A stretch of 64,000 nucleotides of DNA from Antedon mediterranea (Eukaryota > Animalia > Echinodermata), in contig NC_092676.1 in assembly GCF_964355755.1 (NCBI RefSeq), positions 25,562,871 through 25,626,870 of the forward strand, written 5' to 3'. The notes under the pieces were generated by a model. That model ran no database searches, was not told the DNA's origin, and worked only from the letters and a program-made list of their open reading frames with translations. This document shows, in pieces, positions 37,603 to 48,726 of this stretch. Numbering within the stretch: the first letter of the stretch is position 1; the number at the start of each line of letters is the position of its first letter. Position numbers and translations under genes: made by a program.

Positions 37603-38255
37603 ATGTCGGTGATATACAAGAATGCTAAGATCAATAGAATGCATAGAATAGATGATGGATGTGTTCTATACAGTGATACACTCAAAAAAAGTGTCGTAAT
37701 GTGTAATAATAAATTTGAAGAAATATCTCAATTTGGCAAACAAATATTGAAAGTCCTCCCTAAATGTTTAACGGTAAACAATGATATTCTTATACGTAGC
37801 AGAGGCACACAGTGTTTTTAATTTCGATATTGACGATGGTAACCTTCTGGGTAAGATAGGTTCAAAGGGTAGTGAAGAAGGACAACTGTATATTCCACAA
37901 TATGTCACCCTAATAAGGGAAGGTAATTTAATGATTACTGAGTCTGGTAATAATAGAATACAACTGTTTGATGCAAATGGTACGTATTTAGAAACACATA
38001 TTGATCCGGGCGAAGAAGATGGGAAAGTCCTTTGTGTATAGTAATGGACACGGATGAAAATATAATTGTATCCAGTGCTCATAAACTACAATTATTTGAT
38101 AAAAAATGGTGTTTTTGTCAAACGAATAGATAATAAAGATGATGGAATTTGATGAAATTAAATTTCCATGCGGCATTACAATAATCGCTAATAGACCAAG
38201 ACGACTGACAATTGCAAACTTAGGAGAAAATAATGTTAAAATATTTAATTACTAA
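37603..38255 (+). pseudogene. NHL pseudogene (full-length type)
   Basis: Same motifs and frameshifts as 7571-8223. Confidence 0.88.
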
Positions 38256-40150
38256 ACAGTATCTTGCTTACTAAATAATTGTAAACACAACTCAAATGAT
38301 CTCCAAGTGGAATATTCTGTAATCATAGAAAACAATGATACAGAAGAAAATAACAATTACACTGTAAGATAGCAAATCCCCTTTGAACTTATCCAATGAT
38401 AGACTATGGTATTTATGGTGCACTCAAAATCATATTGACAATCAATCTAGTGTAGCCTACACACTTTATAACCAATGATAAATATTTATTTCTAATTGAT
38501 AGGTCCATTTTTATATCTTTATTTGTTGTTCTAGATAGTTTATCCGATTGTATATAGTTTAATTGTTGTTTTATTAGGATCACGTGAGTAAACACTGCAC
38601 ATTGCAATACAGAATTATAAATTCTTATGAAACAAGTGCATGTTTGCCGACATCGTGGCAATTTGTTTTGAATTTCAATATTGACTATGGTAAAATTTTG
38701 GGAAAATAGGTTCAAAAGGTAAAGGGGCAACTGTATATTGCACAAGGTGTCACGTGTTTGCCGAACCGCTGCACATATACCATTATAATAAAGTTGAGTA
38801 TTTGTTCATTCATTTTTTATTGTTCCACATAAAGTAAGAAAAGAAAATGATCAAGAAAAAACCTGTCTTTGTTTATTTGTAGAATCTCAACTAAGCCAAA
38901 AAGAGCTTTAAGTCTGAGTTTCCAAAAGACATTAAGGGCCTACATTGTACATGGTAACGTAAAATTGCTTTCTAAAAAAAAAAACAGAAAAGTCAAATAG
39001 ATTTTATTAGAATATCAATAGAATAGAAAAAGTAAGATATAAATTCCATTCAGAGTAAACTTATTAACTATCTAATCAATATTAATGGATAAATATTTTT
39101 TGTATTTTTTTTTTTCAAAAAGGTTGGTGATGATTTAATATTATATCCTTATTTTGTTTTATATATCATCGACATAAAAAAAAGCTTGCATTAAATGATC
39201 ACGTGAATAAACACTGCAATACCCCACCAGAGGATTTTTTTTATATTTTTATCTAATGTTAACAATTTATAACATAAGCACCTATAGTTATTTAAAAGGA
39301 GTCAAATAATAAAATATTAGAAACTTGTTCGTATTTTGTTGTCTTTATTATTTTACACACTCCAAAATAAGGTTTATTATTTTTTAAAGGCCTATACGGT
39401 ACCGTATTGTTTCCACCTATTTGGCGACATATACACCATGACATGTTGATTGTTATGTAGGCAGACAATAAATAATATGTCGATACGATATTATACTTAA
39501 GGCTATACTACAAAAAGTCAAACGTTGAAAGCTTAAAGGCCAGGTGCGGGCAAAACATTTCTATTGATCATACATTCCAATAATTATCGATCTATAGTTT
39601 CCCCTATGTTTCATAATTTTTTGGGATTTTATTTGTGTTACACGAGCTTGTTGAAAATAAGCACTTTCTTATCAGTGGGGGGATAGTTCAAATTACACAG
39701 TAAAATCTCTATTCTTTTGTACACACATTTTGTAAATAGAGAGGCATTTTTTAAAAGCTATGAAAAATAAACGGTGTGGTAAAAAATGTTATCAGATGAC
39801 TAAATATAGGTAATATAACTTGAATATTACATTTCTGATATTTTTATTCAACTTCAGATATTTATTTTCATGCAAAAGCAAAAATTATCCACCGTATATC
39901 CCCCATCTTTTTTCACCGTCTAGGGAGTCACAAGACATGTTATTACAAAAAATTGATTTGTATTGATATAAGGAAGCAAAAAAACATTGTTGGCATAGTT
40001 TGGTAGAGGGTGCAGGTAAACCCCTTCTGGCTCCCCAAATATACGTAGGTCGCACAATCAGCATCTTGATACTACTGTACTTTATTCCTCTCTTTAAAGT
40101 GTAGACCTATAGCTATAGGCCTATGTACTTAATAGCAATGTTAGATAAAC

Positions 40151-40803
40151 ATGTCGGCGATATACAAGAATGCTAAGATCAATAGAATGCATAGAATAGA
40201 TGATGGATGTGTTCTATACAGTGATACACTCACAAAGAGTGTCGTAATGTGTAATAATAAATTTGAAGAAATCTCTCAATTTGGGAAACAAATATTGAAA
40301 GTCCTCCCTAAATGTTTAACGGTTAACAATGATATTCTTATACGTAGCAGAGGCACACAGTGTTTTTAATTTCGATATTGACGATGGTAACCTTTTGGGT
40401 AAGATAGGTTCAAAAGGTAGTGAAGAAGGACAACTGTATATTCCACAATATGTCACCCTAATAAGGGAAGGTAATTTAATGATTACTGAGTCTGGTAATA
40501 ATAGAATACAACTGTTTGATGCAAATGGTACGTATTTAGAAACACTTATTGATCCGGGCGAAGAAGATGGGAAAGTCCTTTGTGTATAGTAATGGACACG
40601 GATGAAAATATAATTGTATCCAGTGCTCATAAACTACAATTATTTGATAAAAAATGGTGTTTTTGTCAAACGAATAGATAATAAAGATGATGGAATTTGA
40701 TGAAATTAAATTTCCATGCGGCATTACAATAATCGCTAATAGACCAAAAAGACTGACAATTGCAAACTTAGGAGAAAATAATGTTAAAATATTTAATTAC
40801 TAA
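40151..40803 (+). pseudogene. NHL pseudogene (full-length type)
   Basis: Same motifs and frameshifts as 7571-8223. Confidence 0.88.
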
Positions 40804-42850
40804 ACAGTATCTTGCTTACTAAATAATTGTAAACACAACTCGAATGATCTCCAAGTGGAATATTCTGTAATCATAGAAAACAATGATACAGAAGAAAATA
40901 ACAATTACACTGTAAGATAGCAAATCCTCTTTGAACTTATCCAATGATAGACTATGGTATTTATGGTGCACTCAAAATCATATTGACAATCAATCTAGTG
41001 TAGCCTACACACTTTATAACCAATGATAAATATTTATTTCTAATTTATAGGTTCATTTTTATATCTTTATTTGTTGTTCTAGATAGTTTATCCGATTGTA
41101 TATAGTTTAATTGTTGTTTTACTAGGATCACGTGAGTAAACACTGCACATTGCAATACAGAATTATAAATTCTTATGAAACAAGTGCATGTTTGCCGACA
41201 TCGTGGCAATTTGTTTTGAACTTCAATATTGACTATGGTAAAATTTTGGGAAAATAGGTTCAAAAGGTAAAGGGGCAACTGTATATTGCACAAGGTGTCA
41301 CGTGTTTGCCGAACCGCTGCACATATACCATTATAATAAAGTTGAGTATTTGTTCATTCATTTTTTATTGTTCCACATACAGTAAGAAAAGAAAATGATA
41401 AAGAAAAAACCTGTCTTTTTTTATTTGTGGAATCTCAACTAAGCCAAAAAGAGCTTTAAGTCTGAGTTTCCAAAAGACATTAAGGGCCTACATTGTACAT
41501 GGTAACGTAAAATTGCTTTCTAAAAAAAAACAGAAAAGTCAAATAGATTTTATTAGAATATCAATAGAATAGAAAAAGTAAGATATAAATTCCATTCAGA
41601 GTAAACTTATTAACTATCTAATCAATATTAATGGATAAATATTTTTTGTATTTTTTTTTTCAAAAAGGTTGGTGATGATTTAATATTATATCCTTATTTT
41701 GTTTTATATATCATCGACATAAAAAAAAGCTTGCATTAAATGATCACGTGAATAAACACTGCAATACCCCCACCAGAGGATTTTTTTTATATTTTTATCT
41801 AATGTTAACAATTTATAACATAAGCACCTATAGTTATTTAAAAGGAGTCAAATAATAAAATATTAGAAACTTGTTCGTATTTTGTTGTCTTTATTATTTT
41901 ACACACTCCAAAATATGGTTTATTATTTTTTAAAGGCCTATACTGTTTGTTTCCACCTATTTGGCGACATATACACTATGACATGTTGATTGCTATGAGG
42001 CAGACAATAAATAATATGTCCCATACGATATTATTACTTAAGGCTATACTACAAAAAGTCAAACGTTGAAAGCTTAAGCAAATTTAAAATTTATGACACA
42101 GTCTCATTAAATTAAGACAATTCTTTATTTATAAAACATGGTAAAAATCATGAAAAACCAACTTAAACCCCACCTTACCGATATTGTATGTTGTATTCTG
42201 AGCTTAAATATAGGTAAGGATTGAATCAAAAATTATATCAGCAAAAGGATTGTTGAAGATTAACTAATAATATAAATGTAAACATGAAAAACTTACAATA
42301 AATCTTTAAAAATGCATACATACGATACTAATTTAAGTGATGATATTAAATGAATTATCAATTACGTTATGTAGGCCTACTTGTAGTCATAGAATAAGAT
42401 TAGTATTAGTTATAGTATTTAGGCCTATGTTTCACCGTATATTGAAATGAATGAGAACAAGAATATATATTTATTTTTAAAAAAAAATTTTTGGAAAGGA
42501 TTGCCGTTAAAAAACAATCATCAGTAAAAGGTAGCAAAGGCAAAAATGTTATTATCATGTGATTGTTAAATAATAATTGTACTACTGTATTATTAATATT
42601 TTAAAATGGTTTTGAAAAAAATATATATAAACATACATAAGAATATTACATTAGTCAAAAGAAATAAATTTAAGTGATGATGGTATAGAATAAATTGTCA
42701 CTTCGTTATGTTCTTATTGTACCTTATATTGTTATATTTTTTATGTTGACATATTGAAGTTAATGTTATGAAAACATTTTCTTTGGTCAACAAGAAAAAA
42801 AAAGACCATTCTTGAACATTATTATAGAAATTTACTTCGATGTTTTGTAT

Positions 42851-44095
42851 TTATCGTTTTGACGGCTTCTTTCGAACGAATGATAACGCCTTTTTTTTCC
42901 TTTGTATGTCCGATAAACTCTCTTTTAATTCACGAATTTGAGTGTCTAAATCTCTTTTTGTGCGGGATGTCGCCCATCCCAGTTCTTTTGTCTTAGCTTC
43001 AAGACTTAATACTTTTTCAGTAGCCTTTTGTATGGCAGTGTGGCGTTGTTCGTTAGTTTTGATAATTTCTATTTCTGGAGCTCGGTCCGTTAAAGCTCTT
43101 CCAACGATCGATAAATCCGCAGTTATTTGTTCCTTCGTACTTTTAAGAGTATCTAGTTGTTGATTTGCGTTTTGTAATTTAATGCGGCTTTTTTCCTCAC
43201 TTCTTGCAAGATTTTTTATCTTTTGAGGAGCTTTGACATCTAAGTCTATTTTAACCAAGGATAATTCTGTATTCATTTCTTTCGTTTTACCTTCTAGACC
43301 ATGACATTTTTGAGTGGCGTTACGTAATTCACTGTTCCTTTTTTCATCCGTTCTTGCAATCAATTTGGTTTCTGTAGCTCGGGTACCTAAGTCTTTTTCA
43401 ACTCTGGATAAGGTTGTATCTACTCGCTCTATCATACTATCAAGATTGTTTAATCGTTGAATTGTGTTTTGTAACCTGTTGTTGTATTGTCTCACATTGC
43501 CGTCAAGATTGTTTATTGTTGTAACTCGGGCCAATAAATTTGTCTCGAGATTATAATTCTTCGACTCCATTTGGTTAAGTTTACATTCTACCTTTTTAAC
43601 ATCCTCTATCAGTAAGTCTATTCCACTTTTCTTCTTGTTTCTTTTACATTCATGGTATTTCTCTAATGCCTCTGTTGTACTCACCTGACTTCTTACCACA
43701 TGACCTTCATGTGATATTTGGTTGGAACAATTGAGGCATAATAATTCCTCGCATGTTTCACACCACTTGTCCAAAACAGCATTAGTATGGTCAGGTTTTT
43801 TACAGAATAATAAAGGTATTGTAACTGCGCTGTTAGCTTGTTCAAATAACTCTTTGGAAACAACGATCCAACACGGTGTTGGAAGTGCTTCTAGTCCATT
43901 TAGTGGAATCGGCGTTGTGTCTCTACACAAAGCGCATTCAATGTTCACACGCCAATTTTGGATGCGACAGTGTTGGCGTAAGCATTCTAAACAAAATGTA
44001 TGACGACAAAAAAGATGTTTAGGATGTTCCAATATGTTATAACATATGCTACATGTAATTTGGTCTTTCAAACGTTGCATTCTGTCATCTGCCAT
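42851..44095 (-). CDS. Intronless TRIM-like RING-B-box-coiled-coil protein, gene C (414 aa; paralog of A)
   Basis: RING CSIC..CRHTFCLEC..CALCR; B-box CKKPDH..WCETC..LCLNC..HEGH; 49-aa coiled-coil repeats; basic tail. Confidence 0.93.
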   Translation of the reverse strand: MADDRMQRLKDQITCSICYNILEHPKHLFCRHTFCLECLRQHCRIQNWRVNIECALCRDTTPIPLNGLEALPTPCWIVVSKELFEQANSAVTIPLLFCKKPDHTNAVLDKWCETCEELLCLNCSNQISHEGHVVRSQVSTTEALEKYHECKRNKKKSGIDLLIEDVKKVECKLNQMESKNYNLETNLLARVTTINNLDGNVRQYNNRLQNTIQRLNNLDSMIERVDTTLSRVEKDLGTRATETKLIARTDEKRNSELRNATQKCHGLEGKTKEMNTELSLVKIDLDVKAPQKIKNLARSEEKSRIKLQNANQQLDTLKSTKEQITADLSIVGRALTDRAPEIEIIKTNEQRHTAIQKATEKVLSLEAKTKELGWATSRTKRDLDTQIRELKESLSDIQRKKKALSFVRKKPSKR

Positions 44096-44551
44096 CGTAA
44101 TTTTGTTTGTAGGTCTACTTCGTGTGGCGATTAGTATGTAGCATCAGAGAAGAGTGTAATTTCACTCTTCTCTGGAATAAACCAAGGAGGTATAAAACAG
44201 GCCACTACATGACAGTATACCGATATGAAATCTGCTTATATGCATTATGACCTATAACAATAGCCAATAACAAATTGCCGTAATATTTGGATTTCAACAC
44301 CCGTAATCACATATCAATAATTTTGACAAATCAAAACAATCCTGCATTCAGATTACGGACCACCCCGTTTCGTCAGTGGTCTTCGTGATTATGCAAAATC
44401 GAGCATTCCTGATTGGTTACATGGCACATGAACACACGTATATAAATTAGCGCACGAAACCAGCTTATTGCTACTGAATAGCTGATGAATACTGTAGGTA
44501 ACATCTGCAGTAATGTTTTGTCAAGTAATGACAGTTTATTCTTAAGTCAAA
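44096..44551. promoter_or_regulatory. Putative bidirectional promoter between C and D (456 bp)
   Basis: Divergent ATGs; CCAAT at ~44264, ATTGG at ~44412, TATAAAT at ~44441. Confidence 0.55.
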
Positions 44552-45829
44552 ATGGCAACAAACAATGAGTACGACTCGGAGGCTTTTCGAAGAGCCCTTA
44601 CAACATGTTCAACGTGTGATCAAAGTATGGTATACGATGCTAAACGTCTTGAATGTGGACATTGGTGTTGCTTTAAATGTCTGGATCGGGAAAAAGGCAT
44701 ACAGGAGAGATTCATCCTTCCAGACATTATAACTATCAAATGCATTGTTTGTAAACAAGAAAACGAAATTTCAAAAAAGGGTATGCGACAACTCCAACAA
44801 TTTGATGTGACAGCAAACGCTACTAAATGCCTGGACATTGCTGAAAAACAAGGATTTGTTATTGTTCAAATTCCAGTCTGCAGAAAACCTGGTCATACCA
44901 AGGTCTTGAGCAAGTGGTGTGAAACATGCATGGATTACATTTGCTTCGATTGTTCGAATCAGCCACAACATAGGAACCATGAAATGGTGATGAGTTTCAC
45001 AGAGGCCTATGAAAAGGTAAAACGTAAACTAAAACAACGTGACCTTCAAATAAAAAATGCCAATGAAAAAATACAAACTATTGAAAGAAGAAGAGAAAAT
45101 GACTTACAAATAGCCACTTACAGACTACAAGAGCTTAACAGAAGTATGGAGAGAATGGATGAAGAAACAACCAGGGTCAGAGAGCTTTCAAACAAACAAT
45201 CTACAAAGGTAGCAAATATTCAAAGTATAAATGAAGAAATCGGTAGTAAATTACGAAGAGCCACTGACAGAATACAACATCTTGAAGGAAGGCTACAAGA
45301 ATCGGACGTGAAATCATCAGAACTAAGATCGTATTCAAACAACCAGACCAAAGAAATAAAAAATCTTCAAAGTATGAATACGAACATCAGCAGTGAATTA
45401 CGAATGGCCACTGACAAAATTCAAAATCTTGAAAAAACTCTGCACAAAATGAATGTGGAAACGTTCAAGCTTAGACAGCTTTCAAAAGACAAAATTACAG
45501 AAATAGAAAAACTTGAAAGAATGAAAGAAAAAAGCGACAATAACTTACAAGTAGCCACTGAAAGAATACTGGATCTTGAAAGTGGTTTGCAAGAAGTGAA
45601 AACGGAATCGTCTAGACTTGGGGAGCATTCAGAAACCCAAACTAGAGACATAGAAATTATTCAAAAGGATGAAAAATTACAGGTGGCCACATTTAGAATC
45701 GGGGATCTTGTAAGAAAGTTAGGAGAAATGACAAACGAATCATCCAGACGTAAAGAGCATTCAGATTCCGAAATCCGTGAATTGAAAAAGTGTGTATTGC
45801 AAATGCAAAGTGAAAAAAGTAAAAAATGA
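44552..45829 (+). CDS. Intronless TRIM-like RING-B-box-coiled-coil protein, gene D (425 aa; paralog of B)
   Basis: RING CSTC..CGHWCCFKC..CIVC; B-box CRKPGH..WCETC..ICFDC..HRNH; five ~49-aa coiled-coil repeats. Confidence 0.93.
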   Translation: MATNNEYDSEAFRRALTTCSTCDQSMVYDAKRLECGHWCCFKCLDREKGIQERFILPDIITIKCIVCKQENEISKKGMRQLQQFDVTANATKCLDIAEKQGFVIVQIPVCRKPGHTKVLSKWCETCMDYICFDCSNQPQHRNHEMVMSFTEAYEKVKRKLKQRDLQIKNANEKIQTIERRRENDLQIATYRLQELNRSMERMDEETTRVRELSNKQSTKVANIQSINEEIGSKLRRATDRIQHLEGRLQESDVKSSELRSYSNNQTKEIKNLQSMNTNISSELRMATDKIQNLEKTLHKMNVETFKLRQLSKDKITEIEKLERMKEKSDNNLQVATERILDLESGLQEVKTESSRLGEHSETQTRDIEIIQKDEKLQVATFRIGDLVRKLGEMTNESSRRKEHSDSEIRELKKCVLQMQSEKSKK

Positions 45830-47129
45830 TTTTTTCCCGTAATTAAAGTCAAAGCATTTATTCATTACATTCATGTACAAAAAGACTGATTTTGTTGAAC
45901 TAGGCCTACTAACTACTTGTATACAGTATCATAACTAATTTGGTTACTTTGGTTTTTCTCTGAACCTTTGATGAAGATATACTCAATATGTTCTTTATTA
46001 TTAACAAAGTAACACAACTTATTTGCATTTTTTTCCTTTTAGTAGAGATTAAACATATTGTATGTTTGTCTAAAGTCACAGAAAGGGTATTTTAATTATT
46101 ATTATATACAGAATATTAATGTGAAATTGTAAATACCTGTAGTTTCTTATCATTATGTCATTATTGAGATCTCTCATTATATATCTCAAAGGTTTTTCTA
46201 TGTGAATTTGTTTTTAGCAAGGTCTCGAAGTGTCTGATTGTAAATAATATGTGTCTAAGTGTACCGTATGCGTACCGTAGGCCTATATGCCTAAATAATG
46301 TTGACCCCTTATTTGTTGTATTATTTCTTCCGTTGATTGAATAAATGCATTAAAATCTCACGGAATTACATTAGGTTCCCCACTATAACGTGAGTTGGTT
46401 AATTCCGTGGCCATTCATTCTTTCTTTCTTCCTTGATGTAAATCTCGTATCTCTTAGTACTCTTTGTCTCAGTTTTAATTCAGGGAATGTAAATGGTAAA
46501 TTACACACTACTTGTGATCTGTGTTTCTTGCTAAAATATATTATAGGTTTGTTCAAATAAGATAATGTTTGTTAATTGATTGAACCAATTCGAAATATCA
46601 AATAAGATAGAATTAATACTACTCAATATGTAACATTCAAATTCGGGTCATCGACTGTCGCAATATTCGTGAATATATCCTCCAGTAACCAACAACTTAT
46701 ATTAAAAATTCATATAACGTTGTATAAGATGAAGTAAAAACTCTACAATGTGACGCCGCTTGTTGCTTCCAAAATCATTCATTTTATAGTACTCATACTA
46801 TATGCATGTGAAGGGTCGATTTGATGAAGGGTCATAATTTATATAATATTTGAATTATAATCGCCCTTTCCTGCTAATGTTTAAATATCTTTTTTATTTG
46901 TACCGCAAATAAATCACTTGTTTTGTTTACAGAGCCGATTGCATAGATATATTTGTTATGAGTACAGTTTTTTTGAGTTGAAAGATTGACCTGTTGCGCA
47001 ATATTCATACCTATAATAGCAAATTGAACAACAATTTAAACAAGCTGAGAATGTAATAATACGTTAAATTGTTGAAATAGGAGAAAATAAGTGATACGAA
47101 GCTAACCAATCAAATGGAAAAGATAAACT

Positions 47130-47273
47130 TAAGCTCCACCTACACTATTAAACTTTATGTGACAACAAAAATTGATGTGCCACTATATGGACACGATGAT
47201 GTTATGTACTACTACGGTACCCTATTTGGGCACATCACTCTTTTTTGTCACATAAAGTTTGATAGTGTAGACC
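47130..47273. mobile_element. MITE family 1 (degenerate copy)
   Basis: aagctccacctacactattaaact...agtttgatagtgtagac inverted ends; same family as 58101-58267. Confidence 0.65.
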
Positions 47274-48622
47274 AACGCTCCGATCCGAAAACCCAATCAA
47301 CCAGTTTGCCCGACGTTAAATGAGACTAATATAAAAATAGTCTGCCACTTCAGCCCCACCATAGCTAGAGCTGACGTCAGAACATTTTAGATGTACCTCT
47401 AGATCCCTGGAAATTGAATTTACATTTTTATAGGATAAAAATTACGCGGATCCACCATCCAATCAAGAAAAAAATTCAGCGCAGCCCGAGGTTTCCCTTT
47501 ATAACGTACATGACACCGTTTCGAGTCGTCAGTTCACAGGATTTTACACCACATTGCATTCACCAGTACAAATGCTCCTACTCCAGAAACTTTATATATT
47601 AGTGGAGTTTAGTGGTACAAACCATGTAACAAACAAACATCATTAATAATCTCGACACTTCGCTGTTTGTCATAAGCTGCGTATGGCTAAAATAAAGGCG
47701 CTATAACTAGGCTAAAACAATTTTTCAATTTCTCAAGCCACAGTCCTCCAAAAATGTTTCCGGTCGCGGATCATAGTTTGCGTCGGTGTAGACAGGATTA
47801 GGTGTGTAAAATGGAAGCATAGCATAAGTTGATTCAATATTTAAACAAACGGTTGTTGAATGTGAAAACCATACATTTTATACAAAAAGACCCATTACAA
47901 TTGTACTTGCATGTTTATTAATTAATAGTATTCAATTTCTATATTGGTAAACATAATTTAGTCAATAAACATCTTCGTCTTAATAAAACAAATGTATTGT
48001 GTATCATATTGTTATTTAGTATAATTTCTAATAATATTTATGCATTATTTCAGTTTCAACAAGATAACGCAAAATAAAATTCCTCTCTTTTAAATAAAGA
48101 TAAAATACATTTTTTTTCATTGATTGTATTTTTAGTTTTCATAATTCTGATTGGGAATATCATTATTATAATATTTAAATTATGAATTTATGGAAATGAA
48201 GTCATGCATGTGAGGTAATTGGCCAAATTTGTGCACTTGGGAAGAAAAAATCAATGAAAATTCCCCAAATACTTCAAATAAACCCTGTCTAATGTGTTCT
48301 TATTGCAGATCGGTTGGAATAACCTAAAATCCACAAGCACACTTTATCTTATTTGTTATCAATATCATAATCATAGCATATCATTTTGAAGTCAAATAAA
48401 TAAGTTAAAACTATGACGAAACATCACTGAATAAACTAGGCTGAGAGGTCATTGAATAAGTTCTTTTGGTTTTTATAAAAATAAACACATATGAAAACAA
48501 TATATGGCAACATGTAAACATTATATTATTGTAAATACTATTTCTTTTACAACTATCAACAAATTATGTACACAATAAATTACAACAGAAACAAAATGCA
48601 CGTTGATTGTAGAGATGGCGCT

Positions 48623-48726
48623 CTACAGTTCGGTTGTCATTAGTGGAACATCTACGGGATAATGCGCAACGCTGCTTCCGAAGTACGGAAACGACACACG
48701 TTCAAATGCTTCGTGGCCTTCATCTC
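48623..48726 (-). CDS. RIPOR: RIPOR terminal coding exon
   Basis: DEGHEAFERVSFPYFGSSVAHYPVDVPLMTTEL*; TCAG acceptor. Confidence 0.8.

Larger units (their letters stand above)
30034..42076. repeat. Partial third period with three NHL sub-repeats; lacks the LINE-containing half
   Basis: Matches period 1 through the NHL sub-repeats, then passes into unique sequence after ...aacgttgaaagcttaa at ~42076. Confidence 0.9.
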
